Source: Octopus vulgaris
Taxonomy: Eukaryota
DNA length: 64,000 nucleotides
Reading direction: 5' to 3'
Assembly (NCBI GenBank): GCA_951406725.2
Contig: OX597822.1
Coordinates: 87,668,001-87,732,000, forward strand
A model generated the notes under the pieces. That model made no database searches. It saw only the letters and a list, made by a program, of their open reading frames with translations, and was not told the origin of the DNA. Shown piece by piece: positions 13,595 through 25,445 of the stretch. The position numbers and the translations under genes were made by a program. Each line of letters starts with the position of its first letter. The first letter of the stretch is position 1.

Positions 13595-15400
13595 GTCTAT
13601 GCATGTCTTCTGCATTCAGAGCCCATGTCTCACTACCATGGAGTATAGCCATTTATAGATGAAGTGGAAATATGAAGAAGAGAAGAGCTGTAGCGGTGTA
13701 GTTTGCACTTCTAGAACTTAGTTTTGCTGATGTGGGTAGGTCTTCTCAAGAACTTTGTATCATTAGACATCTCGGTCAATTGTCATTTCCTCCATCATAG
13801 AGTCTACCTTTCACTCAGAGAGAGAGAAAGTCCTTTTGATGCCAACATAGTTAATAGCTCACTGAACTTCTTCCACCCAATTCCTATTCTGGAAACAATA
13901 CTTTCAGAGCATCCTCCACCACTGCTAATTTGGTTACCTAGGTAACAGAAACTGTCTACAACCTCAAAGAAACCTCCTGGGTATTTGAGAGAATCTCATT
14001 CCTGTGTGCTCTTAGTGTTTATTGTTCCTGCACATCTGCCACATACAAAGACTACTTTATCTTTTAATCTACCTGTGATACCACTGCATCTCTTATGAGT
14101 CCATAGTTTACACTGGGTGCAGCAAATGAAATTTCTTCCAACTCCTTTCCTACATATGGAGCAGGGCCATTTACCTGACGGAAAGAAAGTTTTATTTTCT
14201 TTCCTATTAACAACCACTTTTGTCTTAGCTAGGTTAACTTTAAGGCCCTTTCATTCCAGGTTTTGTTTACATACCTGGAATTTCTTCTCCAATTCTGCTG
14301 ATGATTCTGCAATAAGAGCAAGGTCATCAGCAAATAGTAGTTCCCACAGGCACCCAGTTTTGAATTCCTCTGTTATGGCCTGGAGAACTATAATGAATAA
14401 GAGTCGGATGAGAACTGAGCTCTGGTGGACCCCTACCTGAACGCTGAATTCATCACTGTATTCATGGCCAACTCTCACCTTACTGACAGCACCACTGTAC
14501 ATGGCTTGGACAGCTCTAACAAGCCACTCCTCTACTCCTTAACTTTCTTAGAGACAACCATATAACAGAGTGGGGAACTCTGTCGAAAGCTTTCTCCAGG
14601 TCAATGAAAGCTAAGTACAATGGCTTACTTTTGGCCAAGTACTTTTCCTCCAGCTATCTCCCTAGGAAGATGGCATCTGTAGTACTCTTCCCAGATACAA
14701 AACCAAACTGCATCTCATCTAGTTTAATTCTATTTCTAATCAATTGAGCTATAAACCTCTCGGTAATTTTCATAACACGGCCTAACAGTTTAATACCTCT
14801 GTAGTTGTTTCTATCTAAGGCGTCACCTTTACCCTCATAGCAGCTAACTATAATGCTACTACACCCTTGAGATTCAAATGCTATAATATAACTGGCAGGA
14901 TATTGTGAAGAGTGTGATTAAAGAGTGGCGTCTCCAAGTCTCTCTCTTGGCCACATCATTTAATGCAAGTGATTCATAATCCATGCAGACACATTTCTCT
15001 CCTATGACATCATGATTCTCTCTAGACACACTGTCTTGCAATATGAGACACTTCAAGTCTCTCGTCTTCATGATGCAGAACATTGACAAATTTTTTTCTT
15101 ACCTGCTTCCTCTCTGGCTAAGTGAACCTGTCTCCTAGTTTCCCTTCTGGTGATCTGATACTGTTCCCTACTACCATCACACTTCCTGTCCTTCCAAACC
15201 TGTTTCTTTTCCATAATGGCCCTGTCAACTACATTATTCCACCACCACATTACCTTAGGTTGAGAAGGGATTTTGCACCAGCCACAGATCTGGTCAGTAG
15301 CCCTCAACTGGTTGTCCCATAGGAACCTCCAGTTGTCCTCCACATTATGTGATACTATATCCTCTTTTTCGCCAAAAGCTTCAACAGCCACAATGGTCCT
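13595..15400 (-). mobile_element. RTE LINE remnant (same subfamily as 4330-6092), rearranged 3' part
   Basis: WWWNNVVDRAI, VGVHQSSVL, LLFADDLAL, CSICRKGVGRNFICCTQCKLWTHKRC in the minus-strand ORFs. Confidence 0.92.
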
Positions 15401-15794
15401 TCCTTTAGCCAAATATTTAGGAAGCAAACCCTCCCACCTAGTAGGATCCACTCCATAATCTGGCAGCCATGGTGTTGTGAGTACCTACACTCCTGCTTGT
15501 ATAGACATAGTTGGCACCACACCTGAGCAGAAGAAATTTCCACCCTCCATCCAAATATACAGTCCCAGAAGCACTGTTTTGTACTTTCAGATGATATGGA
15601 ATTCCATCACCACCATTTGTCTTCTTTCCAGCAACATTCACCCACCCTTATACAATGCAGCATAGCCTTGAATTTCCTCTACAACACAACACCTGGACTT
15701 GTCCCTCTATTACACTTTAGCCTCTCAACATCTGGCATACCGGCATTGCCCCCTCCTTTCAAATTGTCTTGCAAGCTCACTAGTGATGAGGGTA

Positions 15795-15965
15795 TGAAAA
15801 AAAACACACTCAGACACTCTGTAAAGTTGCAGGCACTAGAGGAGCATCCAGCCATAGAAATTATGCTAAAGGTGACATTGGAGCTTGACGTGGCCCTGTG
15901 GCTCATCAGATCCTATGAAACTGTCCAACCTATGACAGCATAGAAAACAGATATTAAATGATAAA
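15795..15965 (+). mobile_element. RTE 3' tail fragment
   Basis: GAGCATCCAGCCATAGAAA...CCAACCTATGACAGCAT...TAAATGAT. Confidence 0.6.
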
Positions 15966-16024
15966 TGATTATATAATATATATATACACATGCATGCACA
16001 CACGCACACAATGTATACAGATTC

Positions 16025-16690
16025 TGAGAACTTTCAGAACAAAGGTCTTGGAATTTATGTTGGTCCTATAGAGAATGTTTTTCCTCAGCTGTCTGGACTA
16101 CTGCTTTCAGCTATGTTCACCCAACAATGTCAAATTATTTGTGGAAGTTGAAGCAATTCAATGGTGCTACATTAGGAAGATTACTTCAATGAGACAGTTG
16201 AACTACTGAGAGAGACTGCAAGAAATACAGCACTACTTCTTGGAGCAAAGGCATGGAAAGATATGTAGCAATATACATATAGAAGATTTTAGAGGGCTTG
16301 GTACCAAACTTTGGCATTGAGAGTTATACTAACCTCCAAACAGTATGCCATTGCACAGTGCAATAAGTCCCAACCATCTCATAAAAAGTAAGGACTATGT
16401 ACTACAATAGCTTGAGTTTTAAGGACCCACATTTGTTTAATGCCTACTGAAAATCCTTGGGGATCTAAATGGAATTGGGGTAGATGCTTTCAAGAAGGAC
16501 TTTGATCTTCTGCTCTCCAAAATTGCATATGAGCTGATATCGTGGCAAGAAACTCAAATGCAGACAGCAATATCAAACTCCCTCATTCACCAAAAGCCAA
16601 CTACATGAGAATGGCCATTGAAAAGGTAATGAAAATGGTAGTGCCCCAGTATGGCTACAGCCTTTGGGCCATAACTCAAAGGAACATACA
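16025..16690 (+). mobile_element. CR1-like LINE 3' fragment
   Basis: Colinear similarity to 53815-54450 (LDYC.QL, IYIWKILEG-like, YNSL.F.GP); same 3' tail GTGCCCCAGTATGGC. Confidence 0.7.
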
Positions 16691-18108
16691 TATGTATATA
16701 TACACACAAACACATTGTATATATATACATGCATGCATCTTAAATACATTCATGTATCATGTACACATTGAGTACACACACACACACACATACACACATA
16801 CACAAAATATATAGCTATACTATGAACAATATAGCTAACAAACTTGAGATCAAAATGTCTACGTTTACACAGAGACAAAACCAGTGAGAATTTTCCCGGC
16901 TGCATTACAAGGTGAATAGTGTTCTCATATGACAAAAGGGCAGGAAAATGATTTATAATAGTAGCAAAATATAAATAAAATAATAAAAAATACTAGTCAT
17001 CCAGATTAAAGCTAAAATTTCAACCTTATCAGACACACTGGTTGTCATGCAGTAGCCTTTTTTTTGACAGTCTTATGTAAACAGCAGAGATTGTTACAAA
17101 ATATTTAACACAAATTGCATGTAACACAGTTGATAGGAATTGTTATAAATATCACACCCTCGTTACCACAATACTGTCATACTGGAAAGAAATGACTTAG
17201 TAATTTCTATGCAACAAACTAGATAAGAAGTGGTGGGAAGAATCACTATCTTACTTGAAGTGTGATAAGGATTTCTTGTATTAGTACAAAATACTTCATG
17301 AAAAATTAATAAATATATAAATTACTATGTTGTGTCTGGTGAGAGTCATTTTCTTTTTGTGCCTTATAATTTAACACACTCACTGCTAAAATTTCCACTT
17401 ATTTCTTATTTTTTATTTTCCTAAAATTTTCGTTGCATCTTGCAACCTTTTCGATAGTCTTGACTCTGTATGTTATTTACACTGCGTTCCTTTTTGCTTG
17501 TTTGTGCTTGTTTGTGCGCATGTGTGTGTGTGCATATGTATGTACGTGTGTATGTATATATGTGTGTGTATGCATATGTATATATGTATGCATGTATGTG
17601 TGTGCATCTGTATGTATTCTGCATATTCATGTGCTTGCATGTCCATGTTTCTGTATTTTCTTTGTATGTGTGTGTTTGAGCATGTGTTTGTATACGTGCG
17701 CACCGCTGTCTCCTTGTGTGTGCATGTCTGTGTGTGTGAGTGAGTGTTTTGCAACTATGTATCATGTTTGTATGTATGGATGTGCATCTCTATATGTGTA
17801 GACCCGTGTCTCCATATGTATCCTTGTGTGGAGTAAAGTGTGTGTGTGTATATATGGTTATGTGTTTCAGTCTCTATTTGCGTATGTGTGCTTGTCTGTT
17901 TTTATAGCCTATTTACCTATCCGTCTGTATGTTGATCTGTTTATTTTCATATCCATTTGCTTACATACAAACCAAAAACAAATACATGTGCATACACACA
18001 CTGACATACACACACACACACACATACATACATACATCTATCTACATAGCAGTCCACTAACTATTTTACTCTACCTGTGTACACTGTAGGTATGGTGGTA
18101 TGATGTCT

Positions 18109-18520
18109 ACTATGTATATTTCCTATTTAGTATTGGGGAAATTTCATTTATTAAGACGTACTCCTGTATTTGTCTGAGTGTTGGGTCTTTTGGGTGCTTG
18201 GATAAGATGCAGATGTCAAGTTGACCCAAGTTGCCTCCATGGTGGTAGAGTATGGAGAATTGTTTTTTGTCGTCATATTGTCTCAGATGTTCATTTAATC
18301 ATTCCGCAATGCTCCTAGATGTCTCCCCTATGTACGTCATGTTCATGTCCTTACAAGCACCTTCTATGCATCTTATGCTGTAAACTACATTTCGAGTTAT
18401 ACAGTTAATCCAACATAGAGTTATACAGTTAATCCAGGGCTAATCCAACATACCATGCAGTTGTCATTGGTGCATACGGTATTCCCAAAAGGGTACATCC
18501 TACATAGTTGTGATCTGAGA
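18109..18520 (-). pseudogene. Zn-finger linker plus GIY-YIG endonuclease of the Penelope-like element (frameshifted)
   Basis: Minus strand: YPFGNTVCTNDNCMVC...NCITRNVVYSIRCIEGACKDMNMTYIGETSRSIAE*LNEH...LYHHGG...PTLRQIQE...PILNRK; frameshifts, a ~24 bp internal duplication, and TGA at the conserved Arg. Confidence 0.88.
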
Positions 18521-19912
18521 GTTCCCTGGCTTTTCAACAATTTTAATGTTGAGTTTGGTCTCCTTCAGAGCTTTTCTAAATCTATGGGCTAGTTCTCCAT
18601 TGGCTGTGGCCTTTACAAACATCACTCCTTGATATTTGTCGGTTTTATACCACGTGTTCACCCTGTTTGCTTTGTCACAAGCTCTTTGTATTCTATTCCA
18701 TTCTTTGTTTCTATATCTAGGGCAGGTACCACTGATATCATTACGTATAATGTTGTCTAATTTCTTTCTAGCCCCCCTGTATACTCGAACTCTATCTTTC
18801 TGATCATATCCAGAGAACTGCATGCAGTGTATGAAGTTCTGTATATGTTTCTTCATTTCAAAGGATTCGCATAGTGGGGACACATTGTTCATTATTCTAA
18901 CTAGGTCTGCTATTAGTATATTAATTTTCATGTTTTGTGACAAAGCTGAGTTCTTGTGAACAACATATTTTAAAGTTATGGGTTTCATGTAACAAGAGTG
19001 GAGGAGCTGCACTCTATTGTTCACAGTCTCTAACCAATGTTCAGTATCAAGTACAGGGAGTCTGTTGTTGGGGTGCTTACTGGGGTAATCTATAGTTACC
19101 TTGATACTTTGGTGGATGGAGTTAGCTATTTGCTGGATGCTCTCCATTACGTTCTTCTCAGTCTCTACATTACCGTCACTAGAGTTGGTTCTAACTATTA
19201 TATTAATGTCATCTACATATCTACTGTAGAGTAGAAGAGTTGTGGACTGTTCTGCTAACATCTGTTTAAATTTTCTGTCCCACCATGTCATGAAGAGGCC
19301 AGCCACATCTCCAGCTACACCTTGAACCTGCATGTATAGTTTTTTGTTAAAATTTACTATGTGGTTTTTCAAGGTGGTTTTTACACTGGCCTCTATTGCA
19401 TATGCAATCATTTCTTTCACCCGATTGTTGTTCTCAGGGTTTTGGGTGGGTGCGGTCCAGCCACTCCAGTGCTCTGTGGTGCTTTTCTTCACTGCTGAAG
19501 TGATGGTGGGTGGTCTTCCCCTCTGTAACCTGGTGGGGCAGAATCTACTGAGCTCATGGTCATCTAAATAGTTACTGTCATAGCATAGTCTGAGGAGGAG
19601 GCCCAGTTCCCTCGTGTTGACCTTACGGAATTCTACTTCACTCTCACAGATTACCTGAATGCATTTCTCCACAGCAAAATCTATGTCTATAGATGGGTAG
19701 AGTGAAATCACATCCATACTACCCATTACACAACCTGTGAGGTCGTTGGAGTAGTTGCAAGTATTGATTTTACTGAGGAGATCTTCCATACTCACATAGA
19801 CATCCAAAGACATCTCTATGAGAGGTCGGATATGTACATAGGTTATAAGAACAGAAAAACACACATACGGAAATGGAGACTGAAACACGTAACCATATAT
19901 ACACACACACAC
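18500..19912 (-). CDS. Penelope-like reverse transcriptase, 5'-truncated; the first ~30 codons derive from the inverted arm
   Basis: GSMDVISLYPSID, GRPPTIT, FMTWWDR, YSRYVDDINII, RLPVLD, FSGYD motifs; open for 470 codons, with an apparent in-frame deletion in the QG..G motif. Confidence 0.88.
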   Translation of the reverse strand: MCVCIYGYVFQSPFPYVCFSVLITYVHIRPLIEMSLDVYVSMEDLLSKINTCNYSNDLTGCVMGSMDVISLYPSIDIDFAVEKCIQVICESEVEFRKVNTRELGLLLRLCYDSNYLDDHELSRFCPTRLQRGRPPTITSAVKKSTTEHWSGWTAPTQNPENNNRVKEMIAYAIEASVKTTLKNHIVNFNKKLYMQVQGVAGDVAGLFMTWWDRKFKQMLAEQSTTLLLYSRYVDDINIIVRTNSSDGNVETEKNVMESIQQIANSIHQSIKVTIDYPSKHPNNRLPVLDTEHWLETVNNRVQLLHSCYMKPITLKYVVHKNSALSQNMKINILIADLVRIMNNVSPLCESFEMKKHIQNFIHCMQFSGYDQKDRVRVYRGARKKLDNIIRNDISGTCPRYRNKEWNRIQRACDKANRVNTWYKTDKYQGVMFVKATANGELAHRFRKALKETKLNIKIVEKPGNSQITTM

Positions 19913-21749
19913 TTTACTCTACACAAGGACACATATGGAGACACAGGTCTACACATACAGAGAGCCACATCCATACATACAAAAACGGTACCTAGTTGCA
20001 AAACACACACACACACACACACACACAGGCATGCACACACAAGGGGGCAGAAGTACATACATATATAAACACATGCTCACACACACACATACATAGAAAA
20101 TACACAAACACAGACATGCAAGCACATGAATATGCAGAATACATACACACAAACATGCATGCATGCATAAGCACACACACACTGACCCACACACATGTGC
20201 ACAAACAAACAAAAAGGAACACAGTGTAAATAATGGACAGAGCCAAGACTGTTGAAAAGGTTGCAAGATGCAACGAAAATTTTAGGAAAATAAAAATAAG
20301 AAGTAAGTGGAAATTTTACCGGTGAGTGTATTACGCTATGAGGCACAAAAAGAAAATTACTCTCCTCAGACACAACAGAATATGCTTCAACATACGAACT
20401 CATATAAAGAATCTTGCAAACCAAATCCAAAAACGAAATATATAAATTACATCAATTCTATTCTCAGAGTAGATTCATTTTATCCATTGAAACACTTCAT
20501 GGTCAAAGTGTAAAAGAACAGAAAATTCATTCAACAATCAAACTGTTTAAATTTACGTACAGCAAAATAAATAAATAAAATACACAAATAAATTGAAGTA
20601 GTCAGCACAAGATTGGTTATATAGTTAGCGGATTCTTGATTCTAACCATTTCAAAAAACACTGACAAAATATACAGAAAAATCAGAGAGGTAGATGGTTA
20701 AGTGTGTAAAGTGTCAGGTAATAAGTAAGTGAGTTATGCTCCTTGAAAAAGATAATTTTCAATGACCCAGGTCCACCTAGCTGTAAATAGGCTACATGGG
20801 TAAGTATAGTTCACAGAAAATAAGCAGTGGAGAGATGATAATATTTAGTTAATTCATAACACTGAAATCAAATCTAGCAATGAATTAATTGGTAAGGACA
20901 GTAGGGAACAATACTTGTGTAACCAACCCACTAAAATTTCCTAAGACAGAAAAACATTACTATTTGCTAATATGCAACATAAGAATTTTATATATGGTGC
21001 ATGATTATCAGCAGTACACAAATGTGGAAGAAAAATTTACAAAATAAATAAAGCATTGTTGTGAAACATTTAGCAAGTAGCAGAAATATACTTACAATAA
21101 ATTGCTTTTAATGGTAAGTACCACAGTACACAAGAAGAGTTCACAGGCTATATTTGTCAAATGGTAATGTAACACATGGAGGTTTATTTAATATATTCCA
21201 CTTAGACATTTGTACAATGTTAGCCATATACTAGGTAAATATATCCTTCATACACTGAGTAAATATATGATTTTGTCTAAGTCATTTAACACTTACAAAA
21301 CAAAGCAATCCATTTATTATCACTTGATAATATACATACAAATTCTACTGACCATAAGGGTGACAACATTTTCCAGCATTAGCATTTTTTGCAGAAATGT
21401 CAAGCAAAATTAATTCAACCAAAGATTATCTGAATATATAGGCCTGCAATGAAATATGGTTTTCTTTGCATTTTCTTACAATTTACCAGTCTCTTTGCTA
21501 CCCACAGAGAAATTCCATCAAACCAATGGTAGCTGTATCCACTCAAAGTTGGCGAGAAGCTTTATTTTTGATTTGATAGTTTTTAAGCAGTCACAAATGA
21601 GTGAGTGTTATGCCCCAGTAAAAGCTATGGATTTAGGGTGCTCAGTACCTAGACAGGGGTGAACTCTGTAGTCACACTCCATGTCACATCAATATGGTGT
21701 TCCCTTGGGACAAAAATCAGGGTGAACACAACCTTAATCATAACTAACA

Positions 21750-23370
21750 TGGTAGGGGTACAAATGACCAATGGGATATCAAGACAACTTCTCAGCATCC
21801 CTTTTGAGGGGAATCATAAGCTAAGCTGGTCAGGCTGGGAAGCCATAAAACATCATAGAAGAATGAAACTGATTTCAAATTCCAAGCAAAATGAGCTCAT
21901 GAGAGTGGCTAGTACTGCAATTGTACCAGGAAAACCAAACCCCTTCAGGTTTTGAAGGTTTGGAATTGGGTTAATCACTTGATCCTGAAAAAAACTTATA
22001 GAAAATTCAAACACTTAGGGGAATTCACAAAACCTTGAAGAGGCAGTGGTTCCTAGCCAGGAAAGAGAAGGAAGTATAATGCACTTGAATGAAAGCAGAG
22101 CACAAGCTTAGAGGTCAATTACACCATTCATTAATCCAAAGATAAAATTCATCATAGGGAACTGAAATGCGAGGAGTATGCATACAGCTGGATAGCCATA
22201 TCATCAGAGAGGGAAAAAACGAATATTGAGATATTAGGAAATAATGAGAGTAAATGGAAGTGTTCTGGCATAACAGTTCACAACCAGGGAGACCATCTTG
22301 TATTCTTGTCCAAGAATGAAATTGAATTACTAATTGATTTGTCATCAGTCAATGAGAGAATCATCAGTGTGAGGTTTTTATTCCAGACATATCAAGTTGA
22401 TAGTGTCATCCATGCATACACACCCACCAACAGAGCAAAGTCAATAGAAGTACACAGACACAACATACTAGTCATAACAAGTGATTTCAAAGTAATGGTT
22501 GGCAATGATCTGGATCCTTACCATGAAGTGATGGGCAGCAATGGTGAAGGGAAATGGAATGAGAACAGTAAGGTCTGTGAATTCTGCACCATGAATTAGC
22601 TCATCATTACAGGAATATAATTTGTGCACAAAAGGATATGCAAACAGATACAGGTGTCACTTAATGGCAAAAGAATGCTCATTAACAAAAAGATCAGGTC
22701 CTCAGTCTGAGACAGAGTAGAAAGAGGAGCAGACATTGCTAGTGATCACTGCTTGGTGAAGTCAAGCATCAGACTGAAATTGAAGAGAGCATCAAGAAGT
22801 GAGAAATGATAAACAAACTGAAGGATAAAAATCAAGAGATACTTCAGCCTGACCATGAATACCTAAATGGAGGAAGCATACCGTGACATGGCAAAGGAAT
22901 TACTAGGATATAAGAAAAAGAAAACAAAACCAGAATTGGTCAAGAAGTTTGGGAACTTATTGGATTAGAAGAAGGAAATATTTAAGATCTATGGAAGGTT
23001 TTGAAGGTTTGGAATTGGGTTAATCACTTGATCCTGGAAAAAACTTATAGAAAATTCAAACACTTAGGGGAATTCACAAAACCTTGGAGAGGCAGTGGTT
23101 CCTAGCCAGGAAAGAGAAGGAAGTATAATGCACTTGAATGAAAGCAGAGCACAAGCTTAGAGGTCAATTACACCATTCATTAATCCAAAGATAAAATTCA
23201 GAGACATTGATGTATGAATGCCTTAAGGTATAGAGAAAGGATAGATTAAAAGAGATGAGGAAATGTGGCAAGACAACATTGCACAAGAAGCTGAAGAACT
23301 AACCAGGAAACTTCATATGAATACCTTCTATCAACAAACTAAGATCTTAAGCAATGAAAGGCCAAGACAA
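21750..23370 (+). mobile_element. Old RTE-type LINE 5' region with AP endonuclease remnants
   Basis: VNERIISVRF, HAYTPTN, LVITSDFKVMVG, EFCTMN*LIITG, GADIASDHCLV motifs; heavily degraded; left boundary approximate. Confidence 0.75.
22996..23200 (+). repeat. 205 bp direct copy of 21947-22151
   Basis: Two mismatches in 205 bp by eye. Confidence 0.95.
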
Positions 23371-23514
23371 AGTGCCACGGCCAAAGGTCTCAGTCGCTTA
23401 TTACCTCCATGAGACCCAGTGTTCGAAGGATGCTTTTCATATACCACTGGCATTGGTAATGAGACAGAGGGTTAATTCTAAAATCATTGTGTGTGTGTGT
23501 GTGTGCATATATAT

Positions 23515-24247
23515 ATCATCATCATCGTTTAATGTCCGTTTTCCATGCTAGCATGGGTTGAATGGTTCGACTGGGGTCTGGGAAGCCAGGAGGCTGCACC
23601 AGGCTCCAGTCTGATCTGGCAGTGTTTCTACAACTGGATGTCCTTCCTAAAGCCAACCACTCCATGAGTGTAGTGGGTGCTTTTTATTTGCCACTGGCAC
23701 AGGGGCTAGACGAGGCTGGCAAACGGCCACGATCGGTTGGTGCTTTTACATGTCACCGACACGGACACCAGTTAGGCGGCGCTGGCAACTGCCACGTTTG
23801 GATGGTGCTTTTAACATGTCACCGGCACGGGTATCTTAAATACAATTTCCATTTGATTTTCATTTTGATGTTGGTGCTAACGTACTTGACTCAATAGGTT
23901 TCCTCAAGAACAGCAGGTCACTCTACGATCCAAGGTTAGCACAGTAGGCCGTCTTGCGAGCCATGGACTCACTTCATTTGTCGGGTCATCAAAGTCACAG
24001 CATATCTCCAGAGGTCTCGGTCTTTCGTCATAGCCTCTGTGAGGCTCAACGTACGAAGGTCATGCTTGACCACCTCGTCCTATGTCTTCCTGGATCTACC
24101 TCTACCCCGGATTCCTTCAACAGTTTGGGAGTGGCACTTCTTCACACATCTCTCCTCATCCATCCATAGTACATGACCATACCAAGGCAAACGTCTCTCC
24201 TGCATGCTGCATCCGATGCTTCTTATGCCCAACATTTTTCTCAGGGC

Positions 24248-24250
<3 letters not shown>
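23515..24250 (-). mobile_element. RTE LINE 3' end (same family as 10492-12190)
   Basis: (CAT)n then CGTTTTCCATGCTAGCATGGGTTG on plus strand; parallel ORFs to 11380-12152. Confidence 0.93.
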
Positions 24251-24299
<49 letters not shown>

Positions 24300-25389
24300 T
24301 TGGGCATAGCAACTCTACAGACTGTAGTGAGGAGAAAACGGAAGCAACATTTATATTTATGGTGAGTTCAGCCAGTTTACTATGGTAATGGTACTCACAA
24401 ACCAGTAAGATGTAATAGGTGCATTGAGAATCTCTTTTACTCTTTTACTTGTTTCAGTCATGTGACTGTGGCCATGCTGGAGCACCGACTTCTGATAAAA
24501 GTACTACAGGAACTATAATTGTTTAGTGTTTTTGCACTTCAAGTGGTGAGTTTAAATCCTCCAGAGGGTAAGACTTAGCAGCACTTCAACACAATGACAG
24601 TGGCTTTCATGAGCTTTTAAGATATTTATCTACCAACATATAAAAGCTGTTGTGTAAGACATGTTCAAGACAATTAAGTAATCACCCACCTTCACCTACT
24701 ATTGCTGGGAGGGTTGTGGGAGTACAACCCTCAAGCACCCCTTACATAGGATCCTATCAAGAACAACTGTCATTACATATAACAGCTGGATTCCCAAGCA
24801 TGATGAACTATGATAATGAATATTATCCAACCAGATTGGTCTAGCCCTAGATTTCCTACCAGTTGACTTGGTTCGAAGAATCTCACGCAAAAGATCTTGC
24901 TGAAACTAGTCACCATCAATGATACCTATAGCCCTGCTTAAATACTATTCCAAACAGTGATCACTGTTGCTGTCTAGTGGTTCTGCAAGTCCACAATGAA
25001 GACTACATGGTCACTTAGCTTATTAGAAGTAGCAGTCCAGATCTCTATTACCCTCCTAGACAATGTAATTCTATATCTAAAGAAGGGACAGGATCGTCAC
25101 GACTGGTGTGCCTTTGATCATAGCTTTGTTCAGCTAAGGAGACAACAACTACTTTTACAACAGAAGTTAATAAGATGAAGTTCATTTTCAGCTAGAAAAA
25201 TTTGACTAAATGAAGTCTCATACTCTGTTGCAACTTGATCAACTTTTCAGTCAGATTAAGTTTTAGACTACTGCTATATAAGAAGGGAAGAATTACATTT
25301 CGAATATATATTTATATCAATGTTTATTGCAGTTGGCTCTTCAAATTGGCACCGATTTTTAAGCTAGAGGCTCTCAATATTTTTTAACT

Positions 25390-25445
25390 CAGAGTACTGG
25401 AGACAGAGTACTGGAGACAGAGAACTGGAGACAGAGAACTGGAGA
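25390..25445. repeat. 14 bp tandem repeat x4, CAGAG(T/A)ACTGGAGA
   Basis: Read directly; head to tail with no spacers. Confidence 0.9.

Larger units (their letters stand above)
17327..20378 (-). mobile_element. Penelope-like element (Naiad-type) with inverted pseudo-LTR
   Basis: RT ORF plus downstream Cys-rich linker and GIY-YIG; 17327-~17915 and ~19835-20378 are reverse complements. Confidence 0.9.

Noticed and set aside
17421-17801. Overlapping C/V/Y/M- and H/T-rich ORFs (also at ~8.7-9.0, 19.8-20.4, 44.9, 56.6 and 62.0 kb)
   Set aside because: Translations of TG/CA/TA microsatellites that lack stop codons by composition.
18295-18305. In-frame TGA in the Naiad-type GIY-YIG as selenocysteine (some Naiads are reported to encode Sec)
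   Set aside because: It falls at the conserved Arg (AE-R-LNEH), consistent with CGA>TGA decay; the Cys positions use TGY codons and I saw no convincing SECIS.
20310-20378. Hammerhead ribozyme in the pseudo-LTR (CTGAGGA on the minus strand)
   Set aside because: No GAAA core or closing stems, the other arm reads CTGGTGA, and the motif is antisense to the element's 3' end. A covariance-model search would be needed.
21947-23200. LTR or TRIM element defined by 205 bp direct repeats
   Set aside because: No TG..CA, PBS, PPT or TSD; the interior is RTE endonuclease sequence continuing past the second repeat.
25390-25445. Short repeat array as CRISPR
   Set aside because: 14 bp head-to-tail units, no spacers, no cas genes, eukaryotic context.
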